Source: Nitrosopumilus sp. | Lineage (GTDB): Archaea; Thermoproteota; Nitrososphaeria; Nitrososphaerales; Nitrosopumilaceae | DNA: 64,000 nucleotides | Assembly: GCA_965205215.1 (NCBI GenBank) | Contig: OZ242041.1 | Span: 992,001-1,056,000 of the forward strand | Reading direction: 5' to 3' | Part shown: positions 1 to 9,965 of the stretch, piece by piece | How the letters are laid out: every line of letters starts with the position of its first letter | Position numbering within the stretch: the first letter of the stretch is position 1 | The notes under the pieces: model-generated | Told to the model about the DNA's origin: nothing | Database searches by the model: none | What the model saw: only the letters and a program-made list of their open reading frames with translations | Made by a program: the position numbers and the translations under genes

Positions 1-2711
1 GACGGTGACCCCATCACGTACACCTGGACCCAGACGGCGGGCACCCCCACGGTATCGCTCTCCAACACCACCGCGCAGCGCCCCACTTTCACGGCCCCCG
101 AGGTCACGTCGGACGCCGTCCTCACCTTTACGCTTGCCGTATCCGACGGATCCCTGTCCGATACGGACACCGTAAGCATAACCGTCGGCAACGTCAACCG
201 CGCGCCCACCGCGGACGCCGGGGACGCCCAGACGGTCACGCAGGGCGCCGCCGTGACCCTTGACGGCTCCGGCTCGTCTGACCCGGACGCGGGCGACACC
301 GTCACGTACTCGTGGAGCCAGACGGCCGGAACGACGGTCACGCTCACGGGCGCGGACACCGCCGCACCGTCGTTCACCGCCCCCGCGGGCCCCGCCGCCC
401 TCGTGTTCAACCTTACGGTAACCGACTCGGCATCCCTGGCCGCCCACGACTCCGTTACGGTCACCGTACCGGAGATGACAGTCGACGCCGGGTCCAACCG
501 GACCGTAAGCGAGGACTCCTCTGTGACACTGACGGGCGCGGTGCAGAACGCGGGCGGCTCCCCCGCGTACCGGTGGACACAGGCCTCCCCCTCTACCCCG
601 GCCATACCCATAGCCAACAACGACACGCGCGCTGCCACGTTCACGGCCCCTCAGGTCACGTCGGACACCCCGTTCACGTTCACGCTCACCGTAACGGACG
701 GCTCCGTCACCAAGAGCGACACCGTTGTAATCACCGTCCGGGACTCGACGCCCGCAAACAGCGCGCCCATCGCCAACGCGGGGCCCGACCAGACGGTAGA
801 CGAGAGGGGGGCCGTGGAACTCGACGGCTCGCGCTCGTCGGACCCCGACGGTGACCCCATCACGTACACCTGGACCCAGACGGCGGGCACCCCCACGGTA
901 TCGCTCTCCAACACCACCGCGCAGCGCCCCACTTTCACGGCCCCCGAGGTCACGTCGGACGCCGTCCTCACCTTTACGCTTGCCGTATCCGACGGATCCC
1001 TGTCCGATACGGACACCGTAAGCATAACCGTCGGCAACGTCAACCGCGCGCCCACCGCGGACGCCGGGGACGCCCAGACGGTCACGCAGGGCGCCGCCGT
1101 GACCCTTGACGGCTCCGGCTCGTCTGACCCGGACGCGGGCGACACCGTCACGTACTCGTGGAGCCAGACGGCCGGAACGACGGTCACGCTCACGGGCGCG
1201 GACACCGCCGCACCGTCGTTCACCGCCCCCGCGGGCCCCGCCGCCCTCGTGTTCAACCTTACGGTAACCGACTCGGCATCCCTGGCCGCCCACGACTCCG
1301 TTACGGTCACCGTACCGGAGATGACAGTCGACGCCGGGTCCAACCGGACCGTAAGCGAGGACTCCTCTGTGACACTGACGGGCGCGGTGCAGAACGCGGG
1401 CGGCTCCCCCGCGTACCGGTGGACACAGGCCTCCCCCTCTACCCCGGCCATACCCATAGCCAACAACGACACGCGCGCTGCCACGTTCACGGCCCCTCAG
1501 GTCACGTCGGACACCCCGTTCACGTTCACGCTCACCGTAACGGACGGCTCCGTCACCAAGAGCGACACCGTTGTAATCACCGTCCGGGACTCGACGCCCG
1601 CAAACAGCGCGCCCATCGCCAACGCGGGGCCCGACCAGACGGTAGACGAGAGGGGGGCCGTGGAACTCGACGGCTCGCGCTCGTCGGACCCCGACGGTGA
1701 CCCCATCACGTACACCTGGACCCAGACGGCGGGCACCCCCACGGTATCGCTCTCCAACACCACCGCGCAGCGCCCCACTTTCACGGCCCCCGAGGTCACG
1801 TCGGACGCCGTCCTCACCTTTACGCTTGCCGTATCCGACGGATCCCTGTCCGATACGGACACCGTAAGCATAACCGTCGGCAACGTCAACCGCGCGCCCA
1901 CCGCGGACGCCGGGGACGCCCAGACGGTCACGCAGGGCGCCGCCGTGACCCTTGACGGCTCCGGCTCGTCTGACCCGGACGCGGGCGACACCGTCACGTA
2001 CTCGTGGAGCCAGACGGCCGGAACGACGGTCACGCTCACGGGCGCGGACACCGCCGCACCGTCGTTCACCGCCCCCGCGGGCCCCGCCGCCCTCGTGTTC
2101 AACCTTACGGTAACCGACTCGGCATCCCTGGCCGCCCACGACTCCGTTACGGTCACCGTACCGGAGATGACAGTCGACGCCGGGTCCAACCGGACCGTAA
2201 GCGAGGACTCCTCTGTGACACTGACGGGCGCGGTGCAGAACGCGGGCGGCTCCCCCGCGTACCGGTGGACACAGGCCTCCCCCTCTACCCCGGCCATACC
2301 CATAGCCAACAACGACACGCGCGCTGCCACGTTCACGGCCCCTCAGGTCACGTCGGACACCCCGTTCACGTTCACGCTCACCGTAACGGACGGCTCCGTC
2401 ACCAAGAGCGACACCGTTGTAATCACCGTCCGGGACTCGACGCCCGCAAACAGCGCGCCCATCGCCAACGCGGGGCCCGACCAGACGGTAGACGAGAGGG
2501 GGGCCGTGGAACTCGACGGCTCGCGCTCGTCGGACCCCGACGGTGACCCCATCACGTACACCTGGACCCAGACGGCGGGCACCCCCACGGTATCGCTCTC
2601 CAACACCACCGCGCAGCGCCCCACTTTCACGGCCCCCGAGGTCACGTCGGACGCCGTCCTCACCTTTACGCTTGCCGTATCCGACGGATCCCTGTCCGAT
2701 ACGGACACCGT
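1..2711 (+). repeat. 846-bp tandem repeat (282 aa, three Ig domains), about 3.2 apparently identical copies in the window
   Basis: Same sequence recurs at offsets of 846 (253/1099/1945); alternative-frame ORFs at 312/1158/2004 are also identical; identity ends at 2711. Confidence 0.95.
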
Positions 2712-4083
2712 CACAATAACGGTAAGGGACGACAACGTGAACCGCGCGCCCGTGGCGGACGCGGGGCCCGACCAGAAGGTCCGCGAAGGCGAGACCGTAA
2801 CGCTTGACGGCACGGGATCGTCGGATCCGGACGGCGACCCCCTCACGTACTCGTGGGTGCAGACGGCGGGCACCCCCGACGTGGTCCTCTCCGACCCGAA
2901 CTCGACTAGCCCGACCTTTACGGTGCCGCAGGTCGGCTCGTACATAGAGCTCACCTTCACCCTTACCGTATCCGACGGGCTGGCCTCAGATACGGACACC
3001 GTCGTCATATGCATAGTGCCCCCCAACAACCCGCCCACGGCAAACGCGGGGCCCGACCAGACGGTCACGGAGGGCGACAGGGTCCGCATGTACGCCACGC
3101 GCTCGTCGGACCCCGATGACGGCGACTACGTCAGGTATTCCTGGAACCAGACCGCCGGCCCCGTGGTCACGCTCTCAAACCCCAGCTCGTCGTGGCCCAC
3201 CTTCACGGCGCCCGAGGTTGCGTCGGACACCGCCGTCACATTCGAGCTTACCGTAACCGACAGGAGGGGGGCCACGGACACGGACACCGTCACGATAACC
3301 GTACTGGACGTCACCGTAACGGACATAGACCCGATAACCGGACTGGACGTCCCTGTGACGGACACCGACCCGATCCTCTCCATACAAAACGCGCGCGCAA
3401 GCGTAAAGCACGGTGACACCACCACCAACTACGCGTCCGACGCCTACTGCTGGGACCGCGAGGACGGGAACATCTCCAACCTCGTAACCACGTCCGTGGA
3501 GTTCCTCCCCAACGGCATCGCCGTCTTGTCCTACTTATGCACAGACAGTGACGGCAACACCGCCAGGATTGTGCTCAACGTCGCGGTGTCAGGCTCGGCC
3601 TCCCCGGTGCTGTCCTTGATCGGGCAGACGCTCGTGGAGGTCGCGCAGGACACCACGTACACGGACGCGGGAGCCACCTGCATTGACGACGTGGACGGCG
3701 ACATCAGCGGCAGGATCACCGACAACGCCGACACCGCCGTCGACACCTCCCGGACGGGCGCGTACACCGTGTTCTACTCGTGCTATGACAGCCACGGAAA
3801 CGCCGACACCGGCGTGAGGATCGTGATAGTCGAGCCCGCGGGCGCCGACTTGGCCCCCGAGCTCTCGGTGCCCGGCGACGTCACCATTACGGTGGGCGAC
3901 TCGTTCACGCCGCCCGCGGCCACATGCACCGACGCCGAGGACGGCGACATCAGCCACACCATAGGGGTCAACGACTCGGCGGTTGACACCTCCACGCCGG
4001 CCAGGTACACGGTATTCTACACCTGCACCGACTCGGCCGACAACTTTGTGTCCGGGTCGCTGCACGTGAGCGTCAACCCGTAG
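1..4083 (+). CDS. Large surface/adhesin-like protein (5' end outside window): tandem PKD/REJ-like Ig domains plus three C-terminal Cys-containing DUF5011-like Ig domains
   Basis: Frame is open from base 1 (DGDPITYTW...). Repeated N-x-x-P-x-A-[DN]-A-G...LDGSxSSDPD...YxWxQ...FTLTVTD modules; C-terminal C-x-D-x-x-D-G-[DN]-I-S...Y-x-C-x-D-S modules. Confidence 0.85.
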   Translation, partial: DGDPITYTWTQTAGTPTVSLSNTTAQRPTFTAPEVTSDAVLTFTLAVSDGSLSDTDTVSITVGNVNRAPTADAGDAQTVTQGAAVTLDGSGSSDPDAGDTVTYSWSQTAGTTVTLTGADTAAPSFTAPAGPAALVFNLTVTDSASLAAHDSVTVTVPEMTVDAGSNRTVSEDSSVTLTGAVQNAGGSPAYRWTQASPSTPAIPIANNDTRAATFTAPQVTSDTPFTFTLTVTDGSVTKSDTVVITVRDSTPANSAPIANAGPDQTVDERGAVELDGSRSSDPDGDPITYTWTQTAGTPTVSLSNTTAQRPTFTAPEVTSDAVLTFTLAVSDGSLSDTDTVSITVGNVNRAPTADAGDAQTVTQGAAVTLDGSGSSDPDAGDTVTYSWSQTAGTTVTLTGADTAAPSFTAPAGPAALVFNLTVTDSASLAAHDSVTVTVPEMTVDAGSNRTVSEDSSVTLTGAVQNAGGSPAYRWTQASPSTPAIPIANNDTRAATFTAPQVTSDTPFTFTLTVTDGSVTKSDTVVITVRDSTPANSAPIANAGPDQTVDERGAVELDGSRSSDPDGDPITYTWTQTAGTPTVSLSNTTAQRPTFTAPEVTSDAVLTFTLAVSDGSLSDTDTVSITVGNVNRAPTADAGDAQTVTQGAAVTLDGSGSSDPDAGDTVTYSWSQTAGTTVTLTGADTAAPSFTAPAGPAALVFNLTVTDSASLAAHDSVTVTVPEMTVDAGSNRTVSEDSSVTLTGAVQNAGGSPAYRWTQASPSTPAIPIANNDTRAATFTAPQVTSDTPFTFTLTVTDGSVTKSDTVVITVRDSTPANSAPIANAGPDQTVDERGAVELDGSRSSDPDGDPITYTWTQTAGTPTVSLSNTTAQRPTFTAPEVTSDAVLTFTLAVSDGSLSDTDTVTITVRDDNVNRAPVADAGPDQKVREGETVTLDGTGSSDPDGDPLTYSWVQTAGTPDVVLSDPNSTSPTFTVPQVGSYIELTFTLTVSDGLASDTDTVVICIVPPNNPPTANAGPDQTVTEGDRVRMYATRSSDPDDGDYVRYSWNQTAGPVVTLSNPSSSWPTFTAPEVASDTAVTFELTVTDRRGATDTDTVTITVLDVTVTDIDPITGLDVPVTDTDPILSIQNARASVKHGDTTTNYASDAYCWDREDGNISNLVTTSVEFLPNGIAVLSYLCTDSDGNTARIVLNVAVSGSASPVLSLIGQTLVEVAQDTTYTDAGATCIDDVDGDISGRITDNADTAVDTSRTGAYTVFYSCYDSHGNADTGVRIVIVEPAGADLAPELSVPGDVTITVGDSFTPPAATCTDAEDGDISHTIGVNDSAVDTSTPARYTVFYTCTDSADNFVSGSLHVSVNP

Positions 4084-4310
4084 GTCCGGCTGCCGCCGCT
4101 GCTGCTGATACGGCGCCAGAATCCGGCCTTTTGCAGGCCCGCCATCCCCGGACGCGGACTCTCCGCGCGGAACTGCGGGGGGCTTGCGCACCTGACAGCC
4201 GGATGATTGGAATTGTAACGTTTCGGCCGACAGGCGGCCCGGACCTGTTGCGCGCCCGCCCCTGAAGGATTTGGGTGAAGACGGGGCGGGCGCTGTCAGA
4301 GGCTCCTGTG

Positions 4311-4356
4311 CCCCGTGCCTGTGCTGGTGCCCCCCGTGCCTGTGCTGGTGCCCCCC
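4311..4356. repeat. 21-bp tandem duplication (cccgtgcctgtgctggtgccc x2)
   Basis: Directly visible in the intergenic region. Confidence 0.8.
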
Positions 4357-4908
4357 GATGATCCCGCCGGGCAGTCCGGTATGGCGCGGCCTTGATGCGC
4401 GGGCTACTGCGCGGCTTGGCCCGCCGCAACCAGTCGCACGCGCGGGTCCTGATTGCCCCTTGCAGCGTTGCGGGTCAGGGCGGTTCGGCCGGCGGATCTG
4501 TTCCGTACCGGGCCCTGACCATACCCGGAAAGAATCATAGAGCTTGTTGATTCTTTCCGGGTACAGCCTGCATGTCGTACTGACTGGCTGCACTACATTT
4601 GCAGGCCCGCCGCATCTGTCTCGCATGCATCCTTGTCGCCGGCCGGGCCCACAGGCGTGGCCGGGGCCCGCATCGCGGGCACTAGCGGGACTGATGGGGG
4701 GGGGGGAGGAGGAGAGGAACAGGGTGTCGGCAGGGGGCGGGCGGGCGTGCAACATGGGACATACTCGGTTGTTCTACCTGTCCTTTACGATCCTGCACAA
4801 TACTCAAACCCGTGCGACTATTCTCTGAAGATGAGAATGTCGGGCACCCTTCAAAGTTATTATGATGAAGTGTTTATACCGGGATAATCCAAGGAGATCC
4901 TGACATAC

Positions 4909-5649
4909 ATGACGCACCATCTCTATGTTGATGAAAGTGGCGATGAAGGTGACTATCTCGACAGCAATGAAAAGCCCATAATCGGAAGCTCTAGATATTT
5001 TATATTGGCGGGAATAATCGTAGACGCGGACACAGTACCGCGCTTCGAAGAAGAATACAATTGCATGCTCTATAACCGCTTTCGCGGGAAACCACTGCCT
5101 GGAAATTTCAAGCTGCACTACTATCCGTTGCGAAACAACAAGCCCCCGTACGACAGACTATCTGCCGAAGACAGGCAGGGCTTGGAGAATGACGTCTTTG
5201 ACGTTATAAACCGGTTGGATTGCACACTGCTTTCCGTAATCATAGACTTGGATACTCATTGTAGGAAGTATACAGAACCTATAAGTCCAAGAGCGTACAC
5301 GTTGTTACTACTGCGAGAGAGGTTTCAGTATTTTCTTGAGGAACATGATTCACATGGAGTCGTGATATACGAAAGATTCAACGCAAAGATGAAAAGGAGG
5401 ACTGAGCAAATGATCCGACGATTGCGAACCTACAACTTTCCAATTCCAACATCTTTACCCAGAATTGATCCACGTATACAAAACGGAGATCCTACACAAC
5501 AACCAATTCTAAACCTTGCCGACTTCTTTGCGTACCTTCCATACACTTACAAGACAAGCGGTCGATACTCTCCATATTATGAGTTGATTATGCACAAATA
5601 CTTCAATCTAAAAGGTGATAGATTTCATACTGGCAAAGTAGAATTATAA
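4909..5649 (+). CDS. DUF3800 domain protein (RNase H-like fold)
   Basis: N-terminal LYVDESGD, middle FKLHY, C-terminal ILNLADFFAY typical of DUF3800; AT-richer than flanks; AGGAG upstream. Confidence 0.85.
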   Translation: MTHHLYVDESGDEGDYLDSNEKPIIGSSRYFILAGIIVDADTVPRFEEEYNCMLYNRFRGKPLPGNFKLHYYPLRNNKPPYDRLSAEDRQGLENDVFDVINRLDCTLLSVIIDLDTHCRKYTEPISPRAYTLLLLRERFQYFLEEHDSHGVVIYERFNAKMKRRTEQMIRRLRTYNFPIPTSLPRIDPRIQNGDPTQQPILNLADFFAYLPYTYKTSGRYSPYYELIMHKYFNLKGDRFHTGKVEL

Positions 5650-5706
5650 TGCGATTCCTGGGTTCACCAGAGGCTTCCCGTAGCATGCATTGCAATGCGG
5701 AACCGC
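5650..5706 (-). ncRNA. Putative DUF3800-associated tRNA-like small RNA, convergent with the DUF3800 gene
   Basis: Minus strand: GCGGUUC/GAAUCGC terminal stem plus unpaired A, stacked CUGG-UGAAC-CCAG hairpin, central GCAUUGCAAUGC hairpin; TTTTATAA box 20 nt upstream. Confidence 0.6.
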
Positions 5707-5726
5707 GTGAGTATTACGTCCCTATG

Positions 5727-5744
5727 TTATAAAAGTCTTATTTC
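5727..5744 (-). promoter_or_regulatory. Archaeal BRE/TATA promoter for the putative small RNA
   Basis: Minus strand GAAATAAGAC-TTTTATAA; spacing to the RNA 5' end is similar to that between the TTATAAAA box and tRNA-Leu in this window. Confidence 0.55.
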
Positions 5745-5770
5745 AACGGGTTCTAGTTCCAATTCGGTTG

Positions 5771-6881
5771 CTAGAGTAGCGCTCATTGAAAATTTCGCCT
5801 CATGATGGACAATCGCAGAAAAGCTTATTGATCGACGGATCGCCGGACAGTCCATGAGCGAAAGCAGCAAGAAGATCCGGGAGCTGACGGAGGCCATGCG
5901 TGCAGAAAGGGATGTCAGGATCCGCAACAGGATGATGGCGGTTCTGGGCGTACTCAAGGGCCACTCCACAAAAACCGCCTCTGATTTTGCAGACGTGGAC
6001 CGGCGCACAGTGCAGCTGTGGGTTGCCAGGTTCGACGAAGGCGGCATCGGTGGCCTCCGGGACGCTCCCGGGAGGGGCAGGGCGTCCCGCGCAAGGTACG
6101 GGCGGATCAGGAGACTTGCAGACAGGCTTGCCGGCAGGAACATGCTCACCCCGAGAAAGCTTCGAAACTGGATACGGGGAAAGCTGCACATCCGGTACAG
6201 CATGTGCAGCGTGCGCAGGATCCTGCGCTTCCTCGGGTTCTCATCCAAGAGGTCGGCCACCCTGTACGCCTCGGCTGCCGACGCAGACGCGGTAAGGCAG
6301 TGGCAGGCCGACGCCGCAGGCACGATATCCGGGGCAAAAAGGCGCGGACTGACGATCGTGGTGCAGGACGAGTCCATATTTCTCAGGACGGGGACGAACG
6401 GAAGGAAGCTGTGGTCGCGCGTCGGTGATCCCGTGACCGTCAGCCGGCACGGCAGGAGGGACAGGACCGTCGTGTTCGGCGCGCTTGCAGAGGACGGAAC
6501 CAGGCTGATGCGGCAGTATGAAAGGTTCGACGGCCCGACGTTCGTACGGTATCTCAAGAAGGTGCGCCGCAAGTGGGGCAGGGTTCTCCTCGTAACGGAC
6601 AACGCAAGCCAGCACAAGCACAGGGATGTGCGGAAATACCTGAAGAGCCACGACGGGGTGGAGATCCTGTACCTTCCCACCGCCACGCCGAAGCTCAGCG
6701 CAGTCGAGTCCGTATGGAGGGATGCAAAATACAGGCTTGTCACTTCAGAGCACTACGAGACACGAGAAGATCTGACGCATGCGGTGTCAGAATACTTCAG
6801 GACGTGCCCAATCAGGCTTGACATATACAAATTCTTGTACCGTTGTGTGTGAGGCGAAATTTTCAATGATCGCCACTCTAG
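5771..6881 (+). mobile_element. IS630-family insertion sequence, apparently complete
   Basis: 32-bp inverted repeats including flanking CTAG (5771-5802 and 6850-6881, 2 mismatches) around a transposase. Confidence 0.93.
5854..6852 (+). CDS. IS630 family transposase
   Basis: N-terminal HTH (RRTVQLWVARF..GG..GLRDAPGRGR); DDE motifs QDES, TDNASQHK, PKLSAVESVW. Confidence 0.93.
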   Translation: MSESSKKIRELTEAMRAERDVRIRNRMMAVLGVLKGHSTKTASDFADVDRRTVQLWVARFDEGGIGGLRDAPGRGRASRARYGRIRRLADRLAGRNMLTPRKLRNWIRGKLHIRYSMCSVRRILRFLGFSSKRSATLYASAADADAVRQWQADAAGTISGAKRRGLTIVVQDESIFLRTGTNGRKLWSRVGDPVTVSRHGRRDRTVVFGALAEDGTRLMRQYERFDGPTFVRYLKKVRRKWGRVLLVTDNASQHKHRDVRKYLKSHDGVEILYLPTATPKLSAVESVWRDAKYRLVTSEHYETREDLTHAVSEYFRTCPIRLDIYKFLYRCV

Positions 6882-7158
6882 GATCAGTTGAATGGCAGAT
6901 GTCATCCTCCGGCATGCTGCCATGGAGACATGTTACATCCACGCGAGTGCCGTCGCGCTCGGGAGGTCGACGGATCACGCAACCCGCTGGCCGGTTGGAC
7001 TCGCACGGTGACGGGACGGCTCCAGATGCAGAATACATACATCATACTTGGTGCGAGATTATGGTCTGGGTGCGGTTGCAGTCATTTTGCCAAAAGACGG
7101 GCATCATGCTGGCCGACATATCACGCGCCCCACAAGCCACAATGTGGACCGGACGGCC

Positions 7159-7947
7159 TCACCGCATTCCGAGATACAGCCGTCCAAGCTCCTGGTGCGC
7201 CAGCAGCTCTTCTGGGGTTCCGTCAAAGACGTTCTTGCCGTTTGCCAAAAGGTACACAGAGTCTCCCAGCCTCAGCGCGCGCCTGACGTTCTGCTCCACC
7301 AGAATCACGGAGATGCCAAACTCGTCCCTCATCTGCCTTATCTTTGAGAGAACCTCCAAGGCGAGCTTGGGCGACAGGCTGGCAGTCGGCTCATCAAACA
7401 GCATGACGGTGGGCCTCCTGATGAGCGCCATGCCCATCGCGAGCATCTGCCGCTCCCCACCGCTGAGCGTTTGCGCCTTTGAGTTCTCGTACGTCCTCAG
7501 TATGGGGAACGTCTCTAGTATCTCAGGCACCCTCTCTGTGAACTCTCTTGCATCCAGCGTGTACGCGGCCATGACAAGGTTCTCCCTGATCGTGAGGTTG
7601 GCAAAGACGTTGTTGACCTGCGGCAGGTACGCTATCTTCTCCCTTGCTATCTCGTGTGGTGTGAGTTCGGTGATCGGCCTGTCATGGAACCTTATTTGTC
7701 CCTCATATATGGCGCACAGCCCGAATATGCTCTTTAGCAGCGTGCTCTTGCCGCTCCCGTTGGGCCCGACTACAACGGTGATCTCTTGCTCCATTGCCTC
7801 AAAATGCACGTCAAAAAGTATGTGGCTGCTTGCATAGCCGGAGCTCAGCGTACTGACCCGGATGATGGGGCTGTTGCCGCCATCCTCCCTGCCGCAGTCT
7901 CCCCCTCTGCTAGTGTTGGTGCCGGTGCCGTCGGCAGTCTCGTGCAT
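7159..7947 (-). CDS. livF: Branched-chain amino acid ABC transporter ATPase (LivF-like)
   Basis: GPNGSGKST, LSGGERQMLA, FDEPTASL, LVEQN; start placed at ATG 7947 next to the upstream stop. Confidence 0.9.
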   Translation of the reverse strand: MHETADGTGTNTSRGGDCGREDGGNSPIIRVSTLSSGYASSHILFDVHFEAMEQEITVVVGPNGSGKSTLLKSIFGLCAIYEGQIRFHDRPITELTPHEIAREKIAYLPQVNNVFANLTIRENLVMAAYTLDAREFTERVPEILETFPILRTYENSKAQTLSGGERQMLAMGMALIRRPTVMLFDEPTASLSPKLALEVLSKIRQMRDEFGISVILVEQNVRRALRLGDSVYLLANGKNVFDGTPEELLAHQELGRLYLGMR

Positions 7948-7948
7948 C

Positions 7949-8707
7949 CTACTCACCCAAGTACGACTCCACGACCCTTGGATCCTTGGTGACCTCATCC
8001 GGATCGTCCTCCGCGATGATCTTGCCCTTGTTGAGTACAAAGACGCGCTCTGCATACTGCAACGAGATGTCCAGCCTGTGCTCGATTATCAGAAACGTGA
8101 TCTTTTGCTCCCTGCAGATCCTCTTGATCCTCTCAAAGATCTCGTGCGCCAAGGTGGGGTTCACCCCGGCAATGGGCTCGTCCATCAGGATCATCTTGGT
8201 GTCGGCCATCATGGCTCTGCCGAGCTCTAGCAGCTTCTGCTGCCCACCGCTGAGGTTCCTGCTCCAGACGACCCCCTGTCCGGTCAGGCTTACCATCTCC
8301 ATGATCTCCGAGGCCTTGTCCGCCACCCTCTCCTCGTCATGCCTCCATCTTGACCTTGTCGGGGCCGCAAGGAATTCCTCGCCGCGGTTTTTGTCGCTTG
8401 ACACCAGAAAGTTCTCCTCCGTCGTAAGATTCCTAAACGGCTGCGGTATCTGCCACGTCCTGACCAGCCCTGTCTTGAATGTATCAAACAACCCCTTCTG
8501 CGTGATGTCGGTCCCGTCAAACGTGACGCTGCCTGCGTCTGGTTCCAGAAGCCCGGAGATCACGTTTATCAGCGTGGTCTTGCCGCTCCCGTTGGGCCCA
8601 ATCATCTGGTATATCTTGCCCGCTTCTATCCCCATGTCGATCTTATCAAGGACAACCATGCCGCCGAACTGCTTTCTGATGCCGGAGAGCGACAGTATCG
8701 TTGCCAT
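7949..8707 (-). CDS. livG: Branched-chain amino acid ABC transporter ATPase (LivG-like)
   Basis: GPNGSGKTT, VRTWQIPQPF, LSGGQQKLLE, DEPIAGVNP, DPRVVESYLG. Confidence 0.9.
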   Translation of the reverse strand: MATILSLSGIRKQFGGMVVLDKIDMGIEAGKIYQMIGPNGSGKTTLINVISGLLEPDAGSVTFDGTDITQKGLFDTFKTGLVRTWQIPQPFRNLTTEENFLVSSDKNRGEEFLAAPTRSRWRHDEERVADKASEIMEMVSLTGQGVVWSRNLSGGQQKLLELGRAMMADTKMILMDEPIAGVNPTLAHEIFERIKRICREQKITFLIIEHRLDISLQYAERVFVLNKGKIIAEDDPDEVTKDPRVVESYLGE

Positions 8708-9026
8708 TACATTTGGAAAACCGCTGCATGATTAAGGCTTTCTGCAATATCCAAGACGTCTCAGAGGCCGCCCGGCCGGTGGATTGACCCCTGCAGATGG
8801 ATGTGAGAGGGGAGCGAGAGGGGGAGGCGGTAGCGGCGGGGCTTCCGGGGTATGTGTATCTGAATGGAGGTTTGTACCAGGGCCTGCGATATGTAGATTA
8901 ACTTTGAGTTTCCCCTCACTGGAGATGAGATCCGGTAATTTGCAGCAGGCAAGCCAGCGGGACACACATCCCCGAACCGCCGCCGCCGGGGAAGAGGCAG
9001 AGTCGCTCGCGTAACGGAGACATGAA

Positions 9027-9965
9027 TTGGCTCTCGATCCCATATTCTCTGATGCAGTCATATTTGCAAGCCTTCTGTCGCTCTTGAGCATAGGCCTGAC
9101 GCTCACGTACCTCACCACGCGCGTCCCGAACTTTGCGCACGCCTCCTTTGCCACGATCGGCGTCTACATGGCGCTGGTCGCGACCCACATCTGGGGGGTC
9201 ACCCCGTACGTCTCGATCCCGGTCGCGTTTGTGGTGTCCGGGCTGGTCGCCGTCTCCCTGTACGTCTTCATACTAAAGCCCCTGATACGGAAGGGAGCCT
9301 CGCAGGCGATCCTGATGATCGCCACGCTTGCCTTTGACCTGATACTGATTGCGGGACTGAACATCTTCGCGGACTTTGTGGTACAGACGTTCAGGATCGC
9401 ATCAAGGGAGTTTACGCTGCGCAGCTACGACGCCGAGCTGATGGGCCTCCCGCTGATAGTCTTCGCGGCGCCCGCCACCATCGCCGTCCTGTCGCTGACT
9501 CTGTACATAGTGCTAAAGAAGACAAAGTTTGGCATTGCGATGCGGGCCGCCACCGAGAACCAGGATCTCTCGGAGACCGTGGGGATCAACGTAAATCTCA
9601 TCTACGTCGTCTCCTGGATGCTGGGAGGTGGACTTGCAGGGGTGGCGGGCGCGCTCATGGCCCTGTGGTTCCAAGGGGATCCGAACCTGGGCCCGTTGAT
9701 GATCCCAAGCGTCTTTGCCGCTAGCATCGCGGGGGGCTTTCTGAGCATTTACGGCGCGATTGCAGGGGGCCTGCTGCTTGGGTTTACGGAGGTTCTGGGA
9801 ACCAGGTTTCTTGCCGGCGAGTTTGGAGCCTGGCTCATCGCGTACCGTCCGCTCATCCCGCTTGTGTTCATCGTGGTGACCCTGATGCTGGCGCCCCGGG
9901 GGATGGCGGGAATTAACTGGTCGAAGCTGAGAAGGAGAGTGAGGAGACATGGTTCTGGAGACTGA
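9027..9965 (+). CDS. livH: Branched-chain amino acid ABC permease (LivH-like)
   Basis: SIGLTLTY...NFAHA, KTKFGIAMRA..EN; multiple TM segments. Confidence 0.88.
   Translation: MALDPIFSDAVIFASLLSLLSIGLTLTYLTTRVPNFAHASFATIGVYMALVATHIWGVTPYVSIPVAFVVSGLVAVSLYVFILKPLIRKGASQAILMIATLAFDLILIAGLNIFADFVVQTFRIASREFTLRSYDAELMGLPLIVFAAPATIAVLSLTLYIVLKKTKFGIAMRAATENQDLSETVGINVNLIYVVSWMLGGGLAGVAGALMALWFQGDPNLGPLMIPSVFAASIAGGFLSIYGAIAGGLLLGFTEVLGTRFLAGEFGAWLIAYRPLIPLVFIVVTLMLAPRGMAGINWSKLRRRVRRHGSGD

Noticed and set aside
1-2711. Possible CRISPR-like or diversity-generating array
   Set aside because: Units are identical coding repeats with no spacers; no cas or reverse transcriptase gene in the window.
312-3098. 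Repeated 180-aa and 279-aa ORFs in other frames
   Set aside because: Shadow frames of the GC-rich 846-bp repeat.
4084-4908. ORFs 4271-4540, 4544-4828 and 4633-4887
   Set aside because: No recognisable motifs; the end of the last may be a gene remnant but this cannot be supported.
5651-5706. Canonical tRNA or simple terminator
   Set aside because: Too short, with no D arm, TTC loop or clear anticodon arm; no U-tract. Kept only as a tRNA-like RNA candidate.
6882-7158. ORF 6779-7837 and neighbours
   Set aside because: Antisense to livF or crossing the IS end; no protein-like features.
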